From: Phoronis australis
Taxonomy: Eukaryota > Animalia > Phoronida
DNA: 64,000 bases
Direction of reading: 5' to 3'
NCBI GenBank assembly: GCA_002633005.1
Contig: NMRA01000058.1
Coordinates: forward strand, 958,409 to 1,022,408
Each line of letters opens with the position of its first letter. Positions within the stretch are counted from its first letter, which is position 1. This document shows positions 39,914-51,032 of the stretch, one piece after another. The translations under genes and the position numbers were made by a program. The notes under the pieces are model-generated. The model worked only from the letters and a program-made list of their open reading frames with translations, was not told where the DNA came from and ran no database searches.

Positions 39914-40820
39914 CATAGGCGGATTTAGGGGGGGGCAGGGGGCCCGGGCCCCCCCTTGGCTGCCGCAAAAAAAAACAGTAAGAGCGTAGGGAAATGTTGA
40001 GTTTATTAATTAACCCCGGTAATTAAAATTATACGGATGAAAAAAGATTTAAATGTGTGCAGTTTTAGTGTTGGGCGGGGGGTGAGGGGGGGTCTCAAAT
40101 CCAATTTCAAGTGTCAAATTCGGAACACGGAGCATTCGTAACGGAACTATGGCTAAGTATAGGCTCTCCTGCTATATCCCAGGCGACCGGTAGTGGCGCT
40201 GCGCACTACGACTCCGTTTCCGTCGTCTGCTCCACTGTGCAATGAAGAAAATTTACTTCGTTTTTTAATGAAAATGGAACCTGAGTGACGATGAAAAACA
40301 GAAGCTGCTGGTAAGATGTGTTTAAAATCGAAGCCTTAGTGAATCTCTCAGAAACTCGCAATACTCTCTTTGTCAAACCTTATCTTAAGACAATTTCCAA
40401 AGCAATCCCGTCATTAATGCTAACACGAAAAATGGATTTGGTCGTTTGGGCATTTGAAGACTATTTTAAATACGACAAATTTGTTAAGAAATGATGGCAC
40501 AAAATATAAAACGTGTACATAAGCATTACAAAAAGAAGTAGGTTTCGCGAGCAAACGCTGTGGACCATAAATAAGTAGGTCTCTTAGAAGGAGTTTAGTA
40601 GATAAATCGTGGTGGTGTAGTGGTAACGCACGCGCTCTACCCGCCAGGTCGTGAGTTCGAGTCTTAGGTTCTTGCGTTTTTTTCTGTTCAACACGTTCTC
40701 CGTTTTTTTGTGCTTTTGTCTTCAGGAATCAAGGAAAATGCTTGATTTTTAGAGGTAAAAACAGAAAAATTTCTTGGGCGGGAGGGGGGCAAACCCCCCT
40801 CTCGACCTCCCCCCACTTCA
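39914..40820 (+). mobile_element. Nested hAT-like MITE fragment (CATAGGCGGATTTAG end)
   Basis: CATAGGCGGATTTAGGGGGGGGCAGGGGGCCCGGGCCCCCCC start and a GC-rich hairpin at ~40778-40815. Right TIR not found. Confidence 0.5.
40607..40672 (+). pseudogene. tRNA-derived relic / SINE head (Pol III A and B boxes)
   Basis: A box TGGTGTAGTGG and B box GTTCGAGTC at tRNA-like spacing. Acceptor and anticodon stems do not close. Confidence 0.5.
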
Positions 40821-43800
40821 GTGNAAAATTTCAGATTCCAATAGAAACAATCTTGTTCTGGCTGAAGTGGGCAACTAAAAACAAAATTATTCCGGGTGGA
40901 TAAAAAGGGTACAATGTAGGTGGTAACGATACCCGGAAAGTCACCCCCACTAGATGGACTTTGCCTCGCCAAATCGTATTATTATAACGTTTCTTACCAT
41001 TGTATTTTTTAATATTATCGCAAACAGTCAGGTTAACGACTACGCTAACGCAAAAGCCTACTTCCTACCTTTAAAGTGTTTTACAATAAGCACTCACTAA
41101 TCTACTAAGCGTTTACCCTCAACCAATTAAGCACCCACAGTTCAGGCTAGCGCCCATCATAGCGCACTACAAACGACCTCGCGTGGTTTAAAATTGACAC
41201 ACAGCCTATATGGTGTGTCACTCTCATTTTACACAACAAATTCCGTTTTCAAAAACGTCTTCTCAATATGTAAAAACGAAATCCCGGCTTTGTTTCATAC
41301 CCCGAAACAAAGTTAACACTAGTGGCAGACGTGTCGTTTTGTGACTGACCTAGTTTTCCCATACTTGGAAGGTGTTGAAGAGCAAACTTGCCATCACCCG
41401 ATGGAATCCCGCATGGAGGGAGTCGGGAATTATTTGGAGGCTATTCACTTCACGGAAAACTAATTGTTGAGTACGTTAACAGGATAAGTACCACATTTTT
41501 GTTGTGAAATTTGCACTGAATTGTTCATTCGATTAGGTCATCGTTTCACGGATTTTTTTTTCGACAGATGTTTTTCAAACATAAGTTAATTTAAGTTGCA
41601 AAATTTGGGCTGCGAACAAAAAGCTGAGAGAATTAGTCTTTGGAGTTAGTTTGAATCTTTAACGACTTTGATGACAGCCAGTAGCTGGTCAGACCTAGCA
41701 AAATCCCGGATACTTTTTCAACGGGCATTTTCTCCCTTTTCACATCGCAAAATTAGCTACTCGAATGCACGTGTCACTTAGAGAGCACTAATTCAACTTT
41801 CACGTCGGCAACTTGCCTTGCGCTCTAGAGACTTTCACTAGCGGTCGTGAAGATTAGTAGGCTTACCCCGTGCCTTCATGAACGAAGTCAGTTTTGGGAT
41901 CTGAAATTCGAGTATTTACCGCTGCAGGTAAGAGCATAATCTAAACACTTTGTCGATGATCTAAAAAATCAATTTTGGCGCGTAAAAATGGCGGGAAAAT
42001 TTTACGACCTGGCATTTATGAATGCGAGCTGGATTTTGGAAATGCGACCTGGGATTCTGGCTAGGTCGCAAAATCCGACCTGGCGATTTTAATAGCGTCG
42101 AGCCCTGCAGATGTTCCCAGACAGTAGCATTGCCAAGAGGTATTCCTGTACCTGGACATAAAAGACTGCTTCTATATTAAATGGAGCTATGACCCCAGAG
42201 ATGAAGGCCTCCTTGGTTGAACTGTTGAAAGTGGAACCATTTCCTATCTGTATAGATGGGAGTAATGACAGGGACCTGAACAAAATGTACCCTTTATGTG
42301 TTAGATTGTTTGATGTAAACAGAGGTCAAGTATGTCTGAGGTTTCTGGAAATGTGCTCAACCAGCAGTTCAACTGCAGAGAGGATATTCACAGAAATACA
42401 AAGAGTCATTGTCAAAGCATGAGCTTGAGTGGCAGAGTTGTGTTGCATTCTCAGTAGATAATACAAGTGTAAATCTGGGAAGGAGAAACTCAATCATGAC
42501 AAGAGTGTTGGAAAAAATAATTCTGTGTATTTCATGGGGTGCCCCTGCCACATTGTACACAACTCTGCCAGTCACAGCAACAAGGCATTTGCAAATACTT
42601 TAAACTTTGATGTTGGGGATCTCTGTGTAGATGTTTTTTATTGGTTTGACTGTTCGACAAAAAGAAAGAATCTCCTGGCAGAATTTTGTACGTTCTACAA
42701 AAAGATATTGAAGTACATAAGTGTTCGTTGGTTGAACCTAGAAATTGTTGTTGACAAACTGTAGATGTCGGTACGCGTCTCGTGGACGACGATAACAACA
42801 CATGACGATGACAGATAAGATGGCAAGAGAGACGACGAAGGTGATGACGAGAGCAGACATAATGATGATTAATAACGATGACGTTAATAATTGACGAAAT
42901 CGACGAGTGACGTTGACTGATGAAAAACAGTGCGTGTTGTAGCAGATCGCCAATAGATGGCGCTAGGTATAGTAAGTTCCCTGAAATGGCTGCCGATTTC
43001 ACAATGCGTGTGGCTAAAGTGGACCGAGTTCGGAATAGCGTAATTATAAATCGAAGTGATTGAGGGTCATGAAATGGATATGTACGGATAGCCAGATGTC
43101 TGAGGAATTCAAAGATACCAAAATCATTCATTTAGACCCACATTTAGTGGATTTATTTGGAATAAGTTAGGGTCCATTATATCCGACTAGTGCCGCAAGA
43201 TGTCCTGGTTTCGCCTACGCAGTATACTGCTGAGTGCTGTAGACTAGAAGACCAAGTGTCAGACCAAAAAATTGAAAGAACATAGAACGGCACAGCAATA
43301 TTTCAAGGAACCAGCAGTAGTACTAAAGCTGAAGTTGCTGAAAGTGATACAGATGTTATCCAAGATTTCCCAAGAAAATCAGTTATACTTCCAAAATCTG
43401 AAACACCCAATACAAGATAGGAACATTCTGAAACATGAGTGCATCATTTGTTAGCAGGAAAAGTATATTATGGACCATATTTCAAGAAAGAGAAAGAAGT
43501 ATAGCTTTCAAAAACAGGTACGTGTTTTTGAAAGGTACATCTTGGTGTTTTCCATGTGTGTTTCAGTATTATCACCAGTTGTTTTTTTAACTTGTTCAGC
43601 CCCTTGGCTGCCTACACCTTAGAAAGTACCGCTGACCCAGTAGAGACGGTGATCATACCATAGGTACTCCATATGCCATGCTTTTCAGCAAATTATGTTC
43701 CTATAAGTTTAGAAGTACCGCGTAGAGAGATGCCTCTGAGGAGGTCATTAATGTTTTCATTTGTTCCCAGTTTAAACAAATACTCCTGCAATCCTGTTTT

Positions 43801-43897
43801 TCGAACAATCCCTTGTTCAGTTGCCACATCGACACTGCTTGCGCTAAGGGATAATCATATGGCGTTATACTGTGGGTGTGATTTTAAAGCACTTTAA

Positions 43898-45039
43898 AAG
43901 AGTATGCCACCCAAAAAACAACATAATTTGTATCAATTCAGATCGAGTAGTTCTAGTCCATAACGACACGTATGGTTGCGTTACCTGACACCTGACGGCA
44001 GACGGAGGTGTTAAAATTATCCAATGATGTCATCAGTTTCACACGCAGTCTGTTCAGCAGTTCACAACACGGGTTACTGGTGTCAGCTTATCGCTTGAAG
44101 TCATCGTTTAACACCAATAAATCGTCAAACTTCGATGTAAAACCCTTAAAAATACACCGAGTTCTTATAAAAACGTGTTGTTTTATTTCGCTCTTACGGA
44201 TTTATTGGTATTTGGACACACCGTAGCCTACAGAGTTCGGCAGGCCAGTAACTCGGGTCCAGCAGGAGTTTGGGGTCTGTTCGGAGATAATTTCGAAGTA
44301 TTTTCCGTGAAATACAGACAGGAGAACCTAGATCTGTGTTGTTTAGACTTGCGATTTTTTGAGTTCTAAACACAAAACGCTTGTTAGCCTGGCCAGTGGC
44401 TCGGAGCCCGATCAATCCCGTCACGGCCGGACGGATTGACTCGTTATCCCCGCCAGTGGCTCGGAAACTGATCAGACATCACGAACATAAACCAGCCAAA
44501 GTTCAGTGGAAACTAAACTTCCAGCCAAGAAAAGAGCCAAAGTAATGTGCACCTGATTATGTTGGTGAATTAGTCATGAAACTGCAAATCTACTTACTCG
44601 TCGGGGGCCGTGAATTCTGAGGTTCCGCTTTGGCCACAGCACCGTCACAATCATTATTTGAGTAATGTAAATGTAAGTAAAGATTCCCCGAACACCTGGC
44701 CGTGGGATGGAAATCGAGTTGTTTCACAACAGTTTCTGCCAGAAAACACGAAATTAGCATGAGGTCACACGGCCTAGGTGTCCCGTCAATTAGTTTTATT
44801 GCGCTTAAAGCCGCGTAACGCAGTGTTTTATTAATTGTTGGCTTTTCAAATCCTTTGCACTCACGAACACTCCAAAGGCATTACAAATTGCATCTAATGA
44901 GACAGACTTTGTTTCAGTTTTGTATAAGTATTGGCTAGGGTGAGAATAATTTGAAACAGAACGCTCAGTAATAAACGCCAACATGGCAATGACTCGCAAT
45001 CCCGACTTAAAACGAGCTAGAGCTCATCAGTCCCGACGA
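43898..45039 (-). mobile_element. Family A Kolobok/T2-like element, inverted and truncated
   Basis: TTAA|AAGAGTATGCCACCCAAAAAAC. Reverse complement of ~15940-17041. Confidence 0.85.
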
Positions 45040-45329
45040 TTGTGAAGAATGATGAATCCACAGTTTTCAGAGATGTTTTTCTACAGTTTTGTTTGGAGTT
45101 CATTGAATCAAAGCTTCTAACACATGGAGATGCCTTTCAAAATTAAAGCAAGACTTTGAAGCTGTTCTGCAGAAAGCTGGTGTGCATGAAGTTATTTGGA
45201 CAGGCAATCTTAAGAAATAATGTTGAAGCTACTCACTGTTGTAGTTTGTGCCCGACTTAGAGTGAATTGAGGCTAGTGTTCAATAATTCACTTGCTGACT
45301 CTAATTAACAGAGCCCTTTATAACATATT

Positions 45330-45620
45330 TTGAATCAAACGTTTGCCCAAATCCTGCCCACCTCCGAACAAGGACTTCATTGCCTACGGGCCAATCACCA
45401 GTGTGCAGTGCTGTACCTTCTCTAATCGACCATAGTTGGCTCCTTGGCGGTGGAGCTTTGCAGTTAAAATGTATGGCAATGCCCACATCTCCATTAACAG
45501 TACTAAACGATGAACGCTGTAAGTGCGAAAAGAACATGTGTGCTGGGAAACTGAGTTTGTGCTGCAATGCTGGGTCAAACTGTACAGAAATGTGCAGCTA
45601 AGACAACTGTAGTAACATCA
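45330..45620 (+). pseudogene. Academ-like transposase C-terminal CxC fragment
   Basis: PSLIDHSW..LQLKCM..P..VL..CKCEKNMC..CCNAGSNCTEMC matches the P..HGW..CxC..C..CxC..CT..C pattern. Confidence 0.65.
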
Positions 45621-46283
45621 GCAACACTGACTGCATTGGATAGTTCTTTGACAAGTCAACCCTAAATAGACCTCCAACCCGGTTATTTCGATTTTTTGGA
45701 TTAAAAAGTTAATTTTATTTGTTGATTACGTCATAGAAAGTACATACTTTGATCATTGTCAGGTATTTGTCTCATACTGCTTGATAAACGCTATCAGAAT
45801 AACCTATTATTTTCATACAGTTTGTGTGCACATTCACAGAGATCATTCAACTATATTGCTTTTGTACTGTAACGTATTTCTGGTGTATTATGCAAACAAG
45901 CTGTATTTTACACCATTAGTCAATGTTTTAGTCATTGAGGCACAAATTTTGCCCAGTCTCAAGTGTTTTGTGTTATTTTTGTTGCCAGACAATACCAGAA
46001 AAACTTCCTAGTAACATTCCGACTTAGTCTGCATTTTTGCCACTAGGTGTATCTTTACATTTTTTAAATTTCAGTGTTTACGAGTAATCTACAATAGCAA
46101 AACATGTAATGTGAGTGTAATATTGTTCAATACAATGGCACTGATGGGACCATATTACTTGTTTTACAAAAAAGTCACCAAAACTGTTGTTTTTACAAAT
46201 ATAAGTTTACTAAGCTCTTTGGTGATTATTAGGTAACTTCAAACTCAAATTTCTCAAAAATGTGTAAAAAATTCAATGACATT

Positions 46284-47390
46284 TTAAGAAGTTTTTACGT
46301 TCAATCCATGAGGTTCTATTGTATTAAGTTTGTCTATCCAATATTGTTCTCTTTTGAGTCTGTGAGGGGTACTGGGGTGTTGGAGTTTTTCTATTATTTG
46401 TACAGAAAGATCTTGAATATTATGGTTTTTGGAATTGAAATGATTACCTATAGTATCAGAAATGTTTTTATGTATTATGTTAAATCTATGATTACGAAAC
46501 CGAGTTTGTAGATTATGTTGAGTTTGTCCTACGTATTGGATAGAACATTTTTTACAAGTTATAAGGTAAATAATATTGTTGGTGGTGCAATCAGAATAAT
46601 GTTTTATTTCAAAGTTTTCATTGGTTTGGGAAGACTGGAAAAAAGTGCTATCGTTGATGAAGTTACACATTTTACACCTAGTTTTGTTACATTGTGTGTT
46701 GCCAATAGGTTTGTCAGTTTGGTGTATATTGTCGATATTAGCTTTAACTAAATAATTTTTTAGATTTTTACATTTTCTCCAAGAAATTATAGGTGGATGA
46801 GGAAATAGGTTTTTCATTTGTGGGGAAATATGCAGCGTAGAAAGATGTTTTTTGAAGACGTGGCTAATTCCATTTAAACTTGGATTGAACATAGTTATGA
46901 ATGGTATTCTATTAGTAGTTTGTATTGCCTTTAGTTTTAGTTCTTAAAGATTCATTTTGTGTAATTGAGCGGACTTTGTCAAACTGTTTGTATATAAGAT
47001 GTAAGGGGAAATGACGTTGAATTAGATAGTACTTGTGTTCTTTTAAACGGTTATCAAAGGAACTTTCTTCTGAACAAATGCGTGGAATTCTTAGGGCAAG
47101 GCTATGGAAGGCTTGTCTTGCAATGAAAGGGATGACACGAGTGATATGACAGATACTGGTGTTTGTCAGTTTCTTTACAGAATAAGTCAGTTTCTAGTTT
47201 ATCATTGTTAAGAGTGACAGTTACATCTGTCTATTGTCATTTTGTGTTTGATTTTACTTTATTTCTGTTTTTGTTGACAAAGGAAGTTATTACATCCGAA
47301 AATTTCAAATTTCAGTTGATCCATTCTTGTTGTTTTATTTACCGATTTATATTCTTCATTTCATGAAACAATAGTATCCTTGGGAGGATC
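46284..47390 (-). mobile_element. Penelope-like retroelement (Neptune-like): RT C-terminus and GIY-YIG endonuclease
   Basis: ORF 46284-46892 has CNKTRCKMC, NIIYLITCKKCSIQYVGQT, HFNSKNH, REQYWI..L..GLN. Upstream decayed KETDKHQYL..SCHP..ALRI.RICS. Confidence 0.92.
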
Positions 47391-47599
47391 TGGATCGCCT
47401 TATTTAGTTTCAGATATATTTTCTATGTTATTTATCAAAAATGTGCAACTTTATATGTGGGATCTTTTTAGATTTTGAAAACACTCTAATAAATGAATTA
47501 AAAAACACCAAAATAAAATTGGCCCCCTAAAGTACTCACAAAAACCATTTTCTAGAGGCCCTACAAATTCTGGCCCACGGACTAACATCTTCTATTAGT

Positions 47600-47967
47600 T
47601 GTGTCACGTGACCATGTCTTTTTAATAAAAATTAGTGAAAAGAAAGGTACATCCATAGAAAAACAACAATGTCAATGACATGACTAAATTTTGTTCGATA
47701 TAAATGTTCAAAATGAAATCTCAAAATGCGGTTACAAATTTCTGAGTTATTTCATTTTCATTTTATGTAACTTTTAATTTTTCGTAAATGTTCGTAAAAG
47801 TTCTATTGTCCGATATCCCCTCGTACAAAAATTGAAAATTTTAAAAGCATTTCATAACAGAGTAGTTTGGATAATAGTGCATAAAGCATAGTATCTGAAT
47901 GTTCCATATAAATCCGATCAGCCAAACTTTACCAAATCTGTCCATTTTTCGAGGGTCTTACATAGCC
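47600..47967. mobile_element. One end of a TTAA-type TIR element
   Basis: ...GGGTCTTACATAGCC|TTAA. No partner end found. Confidence 0.35.
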
Positions 47968-48179
47968 TTAAGGTGTGTTGTGCTACCTCTTAACTCTGGT
48001 TGGTCAATAGGAAAGCCCTATCGATACCAGTACTGGGAATAAAGTCTTCCATGCTAATAAAAATTCAATTATGGTCAATGATATTTTCAGTCGTTCTGCT
48101 CTGATGCCAACTGCTGTTACCATGGTAACACTTTAATCATGTCAATTGGGTCAGGCTTTGCAGGTAAAATTGTTCATTA

Positions 48180-48560
48180 GCTATGTGATGCCTAGCCGAT
48201 ATAGAATACGCTGTGAGTCTCCATAATAACCTTGAGAAGACTAGTTGGCACAATCACTCTCCCATGATCAGTCCTAGGGGTTACATCTGAAAGGTAGGTG
48301 GAATATATGTATTGTGACTTTCTACTTGCAATATTTTGGCCAGAGGTAATGAGAAATGTGATCCTTGATGTGTCACCTTTTGATTGGTGTCTGGACACTG
48401 AGCAGCCGATGAAAATGTGTAGGGGGCATTCAATGTTGGTGTTAAAGAAGTCAGCTGCAGTATCGGTTCATTTTGATTGTCATGCTTACCTTGTCATGTG
48501 TTTTACTGGTGCTCGAGGCGATTTGAATGTCCAGTTTTAATCATTTCTTGTTTAGTGTTG
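48180..48560 (-). pseudogene. Highly decayed Penelope RT N-terminal fragment
   Basis: KTHDKVSMTIKMNRY (~K.ADKG..V.MN..Y) followed by HGRVIVP (~PGRPIV). Confidence 0.5.
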
Positions 48561-48708
48561 GATTGATTTCTGGTATTGATTTTCTTCCTTGGCAATTATG
48601 AATATAAGTTCCCTTGTTAATGGCTATTAAGTTGTAAGTAAAATTTGTTAAGTGAGATATTGATAAAACCCTGTGGTGATGTTAAGCGATTTTTGGGCAA
48701 GGCAACTA

Positions 48709-48805
48709 CGGTAAAAATTCCCGAACTTAAGACAGTTTCCTGAATTTCAGACACCTGAATTCAAATTGAAACTGATTTTTTGTGTCTGAAATTTGGGACA
48801 CGGTT
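48709..48805 (+). mobile_element. Tigger-like terminal fragment
   Basis: TA|CGGTAAAAATTCCCGAACTT..GACA with an inverted GTGTCTGAAATTTGGGACA. Related fragments at ~58430-58525 and ~23460-23570. Confidence 0.45.
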
Positions 48806-51032
48806 GAATTTGGCATTCTCCATATTACTCAAATTTCACACAAGTCGATTTTTTGCGCTTTTGGCCGTAATTCTCACGTTTTGGACATTTGGACTTTTTC
48901 ACGTTATTGGGGGCTGAATGTAAATCTGAAAGTTCATCAAGAAACTGTGATTATTTACATATCGTTTAAAACTACCGCTGATGTAATGTATTGACTGATT
49001 AATCACAGTCTAGTTATAGATGTGGATGGTTGTTTGTGTATATCTCTCAGTCACGTTTTCGTGGCAGTAATCACAGGCTCAAAAAACTTGCCTCTCTTGA
49101 TCACAGTTTCACTTTTAAAATGCAAATAAAAGGTATGTCTCCGACTTTCAAGTAATCGCCACAGAGTCACACTTCGTATTTGGATTAACAGCTAAATAAT
49201 AAGCTCCGGTGATCAGACCGTTGTGTTACCAAGTAGGGTCCCGAGTTCACAACCTCAATTTTTTCTGAAAACCTGCAGCCCACTTACCTTCCTCCCGGCG
49301 CCTTGATCTTCCAGCGCTATGCCATGCTTATAATCGGCACCCGAACTGGCGAAACGATGTTGTTCAGTGTCAAGTTAAAACAAACTGTGTGAAAAGGAAA
49401 AATTCATGTCCGTAGAAAAATCTTTCTGGTCACGGGCATCACTCCCATTGTGAGTGATTACATTCGCAATAACAGGAAAGACCGTTTCGGGATGATATTT
49501 TAGAGAAGTGATTGACAGATTTCAATGAAACTAATGACTCAGAGGTATATGGTGACAGTGTGCTGGCAATCTTTTGATTGTCAGGTGGAACTACTGCAAC
49601 ACTTCCTAATGGCCCCTAGAAACATATCGTGTATTAATGCACTGTAGGCACATGTTAATGCCCTAGCGTTGCTCTTGTTTATGAAATTGTGCAGGTAAAT
49701 TCAACCTCGAATCAAACTCTCCATTACAAACACGGTTTCATTTCTGGTTGTACCAGATACAACTTCAGTTCTTATTAAATTTGTTGTTTTGAGACATGTT
49801 TACTTAAAAAGTTCTGTACAGTGAGCAACTGTCATCGAGAGTGCACAAAATGGCGAAAAGGACTCCGTGCTTGCGTGAAGTGGCCAGACAATTCAGGACG
49901 GTCAAGAAAAATAATCCGGACTAAATCTTTTGCATCGCGCTGACGTTATCAGAATAATGTTGGCCTGCTTGCTAATCAGTCTTTTCGAGGGTACTAATTG
50001 TAGTTGCTGTAATGCTTTAAATTTAGAGTGGTCTTATTCACCTTTCACATCTAGTCTAAAATCCTTGTGGTTACCAAAGAATGTTAGTCCACCGTTCTAA
50101 ATGCAATGTGCTAAGGCCTATAAGTTAAATTCATTGGACAATTCTGTAGTAGGATTGTCTGTCTTGTGAGAGACTCGATGATGTCTAATGCCAATTTAGT
50201 GTTGTGTCTTCTGATAGTTATTAATGTCCCATTACTTATTGATTATCAGTTTTTTTTCTGATGACCTCAACTGCATTGGTTTCTTTGATCATATGATGAT
50301 GATGATAAATGATAAAAATCATTTGTACAGTACATGGTATTAAACCTCAAAATGTACAATGGAAAGTAGTCAAAGTGCCTCTGAAAATGAGGAATAACTC
50401 GAAAACCATTGGCCACAAAAATGCCTTCATTGTCAAGGACTATGTTCACACACCAAATTTCAGAATCTGTCAAAGGTAATGTCAGAGTTATTGCTATGTA
50501 AATAGAAAAAATCCAAAATTGGCTGTTAAAAGGCCACCTTGCACCTTACAAGTAGTGTGCCTGGTTGGTTTAATTGCTTTTATATTTGTTTTATGTCTTG
50601 TGTTGCACATGATTTTAACAGTTAGTTGGGTGTTAAAACATGGTATAAAAGAAACACCACTACCTATGGGGTCATCTGTAGGAAATAGGCAGTAAAAAAT
50701 CCATCAAAATTCAAACTTGGTACGATCTGGAGCGGAGGGACATCCCCACCATTTATGATTTACAGAAGTGAGAGTCAGTCGATATGTGTAAATTAACACA
50801 GCTTAGCAAAAGGTTTATGATTCTGACTGAGAAGATAACTGTTTTATTACCCCCTATTGGTTTTGAATCGCCAGGCCCGACACATGAAAGTAGCACACAA
50901 CCTGTGTCATTAATATCTTAAGGCTTGTTGTTTTAACCAAAGTGGATGAAAGGTGGCATTGTGGTGACCATTTTTTGATTTTTTTCTAAATGCCGTGCCA
51001 TTAGCTTTATAAAGTGTCCCTGAGGGGTATTT

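Larger units (their letters stand above)
38763..42107. mobile_element. Non-autonomous hAT element with 5-bp TSD (hAT5-like)
   Basis: TIR CAGGGCTCGAC/GTCGAGCCCTG. TSD CAGAT at 38758-38762 and 42108-42112. Subterminal GCGACCTG/GCGAGCTG repeats at both ends. Confidence 0.85.
37746..42760 (+). mobile_element. hAT (Tip100-like) transposon: left TIR and disrupted, intron-containing transposase; 3' truncated
   Basis: Left end CATACCTGCCAA with TCACGC subterminal repeats. No matching right TIR seen. Confidence 0.8.
37996..42760 (+). pseudogene. hAT transposase pseudogene (pieces 37996-38309, 38669-38762, 42113-42760)
   Basis: Zinc finger AKCTVCCRNFSTGHMGERDIVRHLDGKDH. GT-AG intron 38310-38668. FLIEHNIPLAVSEHAGPIFRQ|MFPDS joins across the insertion. 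Catalytic region IDGSND..VDNTSVN..GCPCHIVHN..VRWL, with frameshifts. Confidence 0.9.
43070..47584 (+). mobile_element. Second, heavily fragmented Academ-type element interrupted by a family A MITE and a Penelope element
   Basis: ILKHECIIC..KY..RKRKK (~43425-43500), Cys-rich C-terminal relic at 45330-45620, and terminus ...GGCCCACGGACTA at 47584. Joining these into one element is inference. Confidence 0.45.

Noticed and set aside
40607-40672. Functional tRNA gene
   Set aside because: The cloverleaf cannot be completed, so it is kept only as a relic.
42532-43131. 199-aa minus-strand ORF
   Set aside because: It is antisense to the hAT transposase and a GAC/GAT-rich low-complexity tract, with no recognisable domain.
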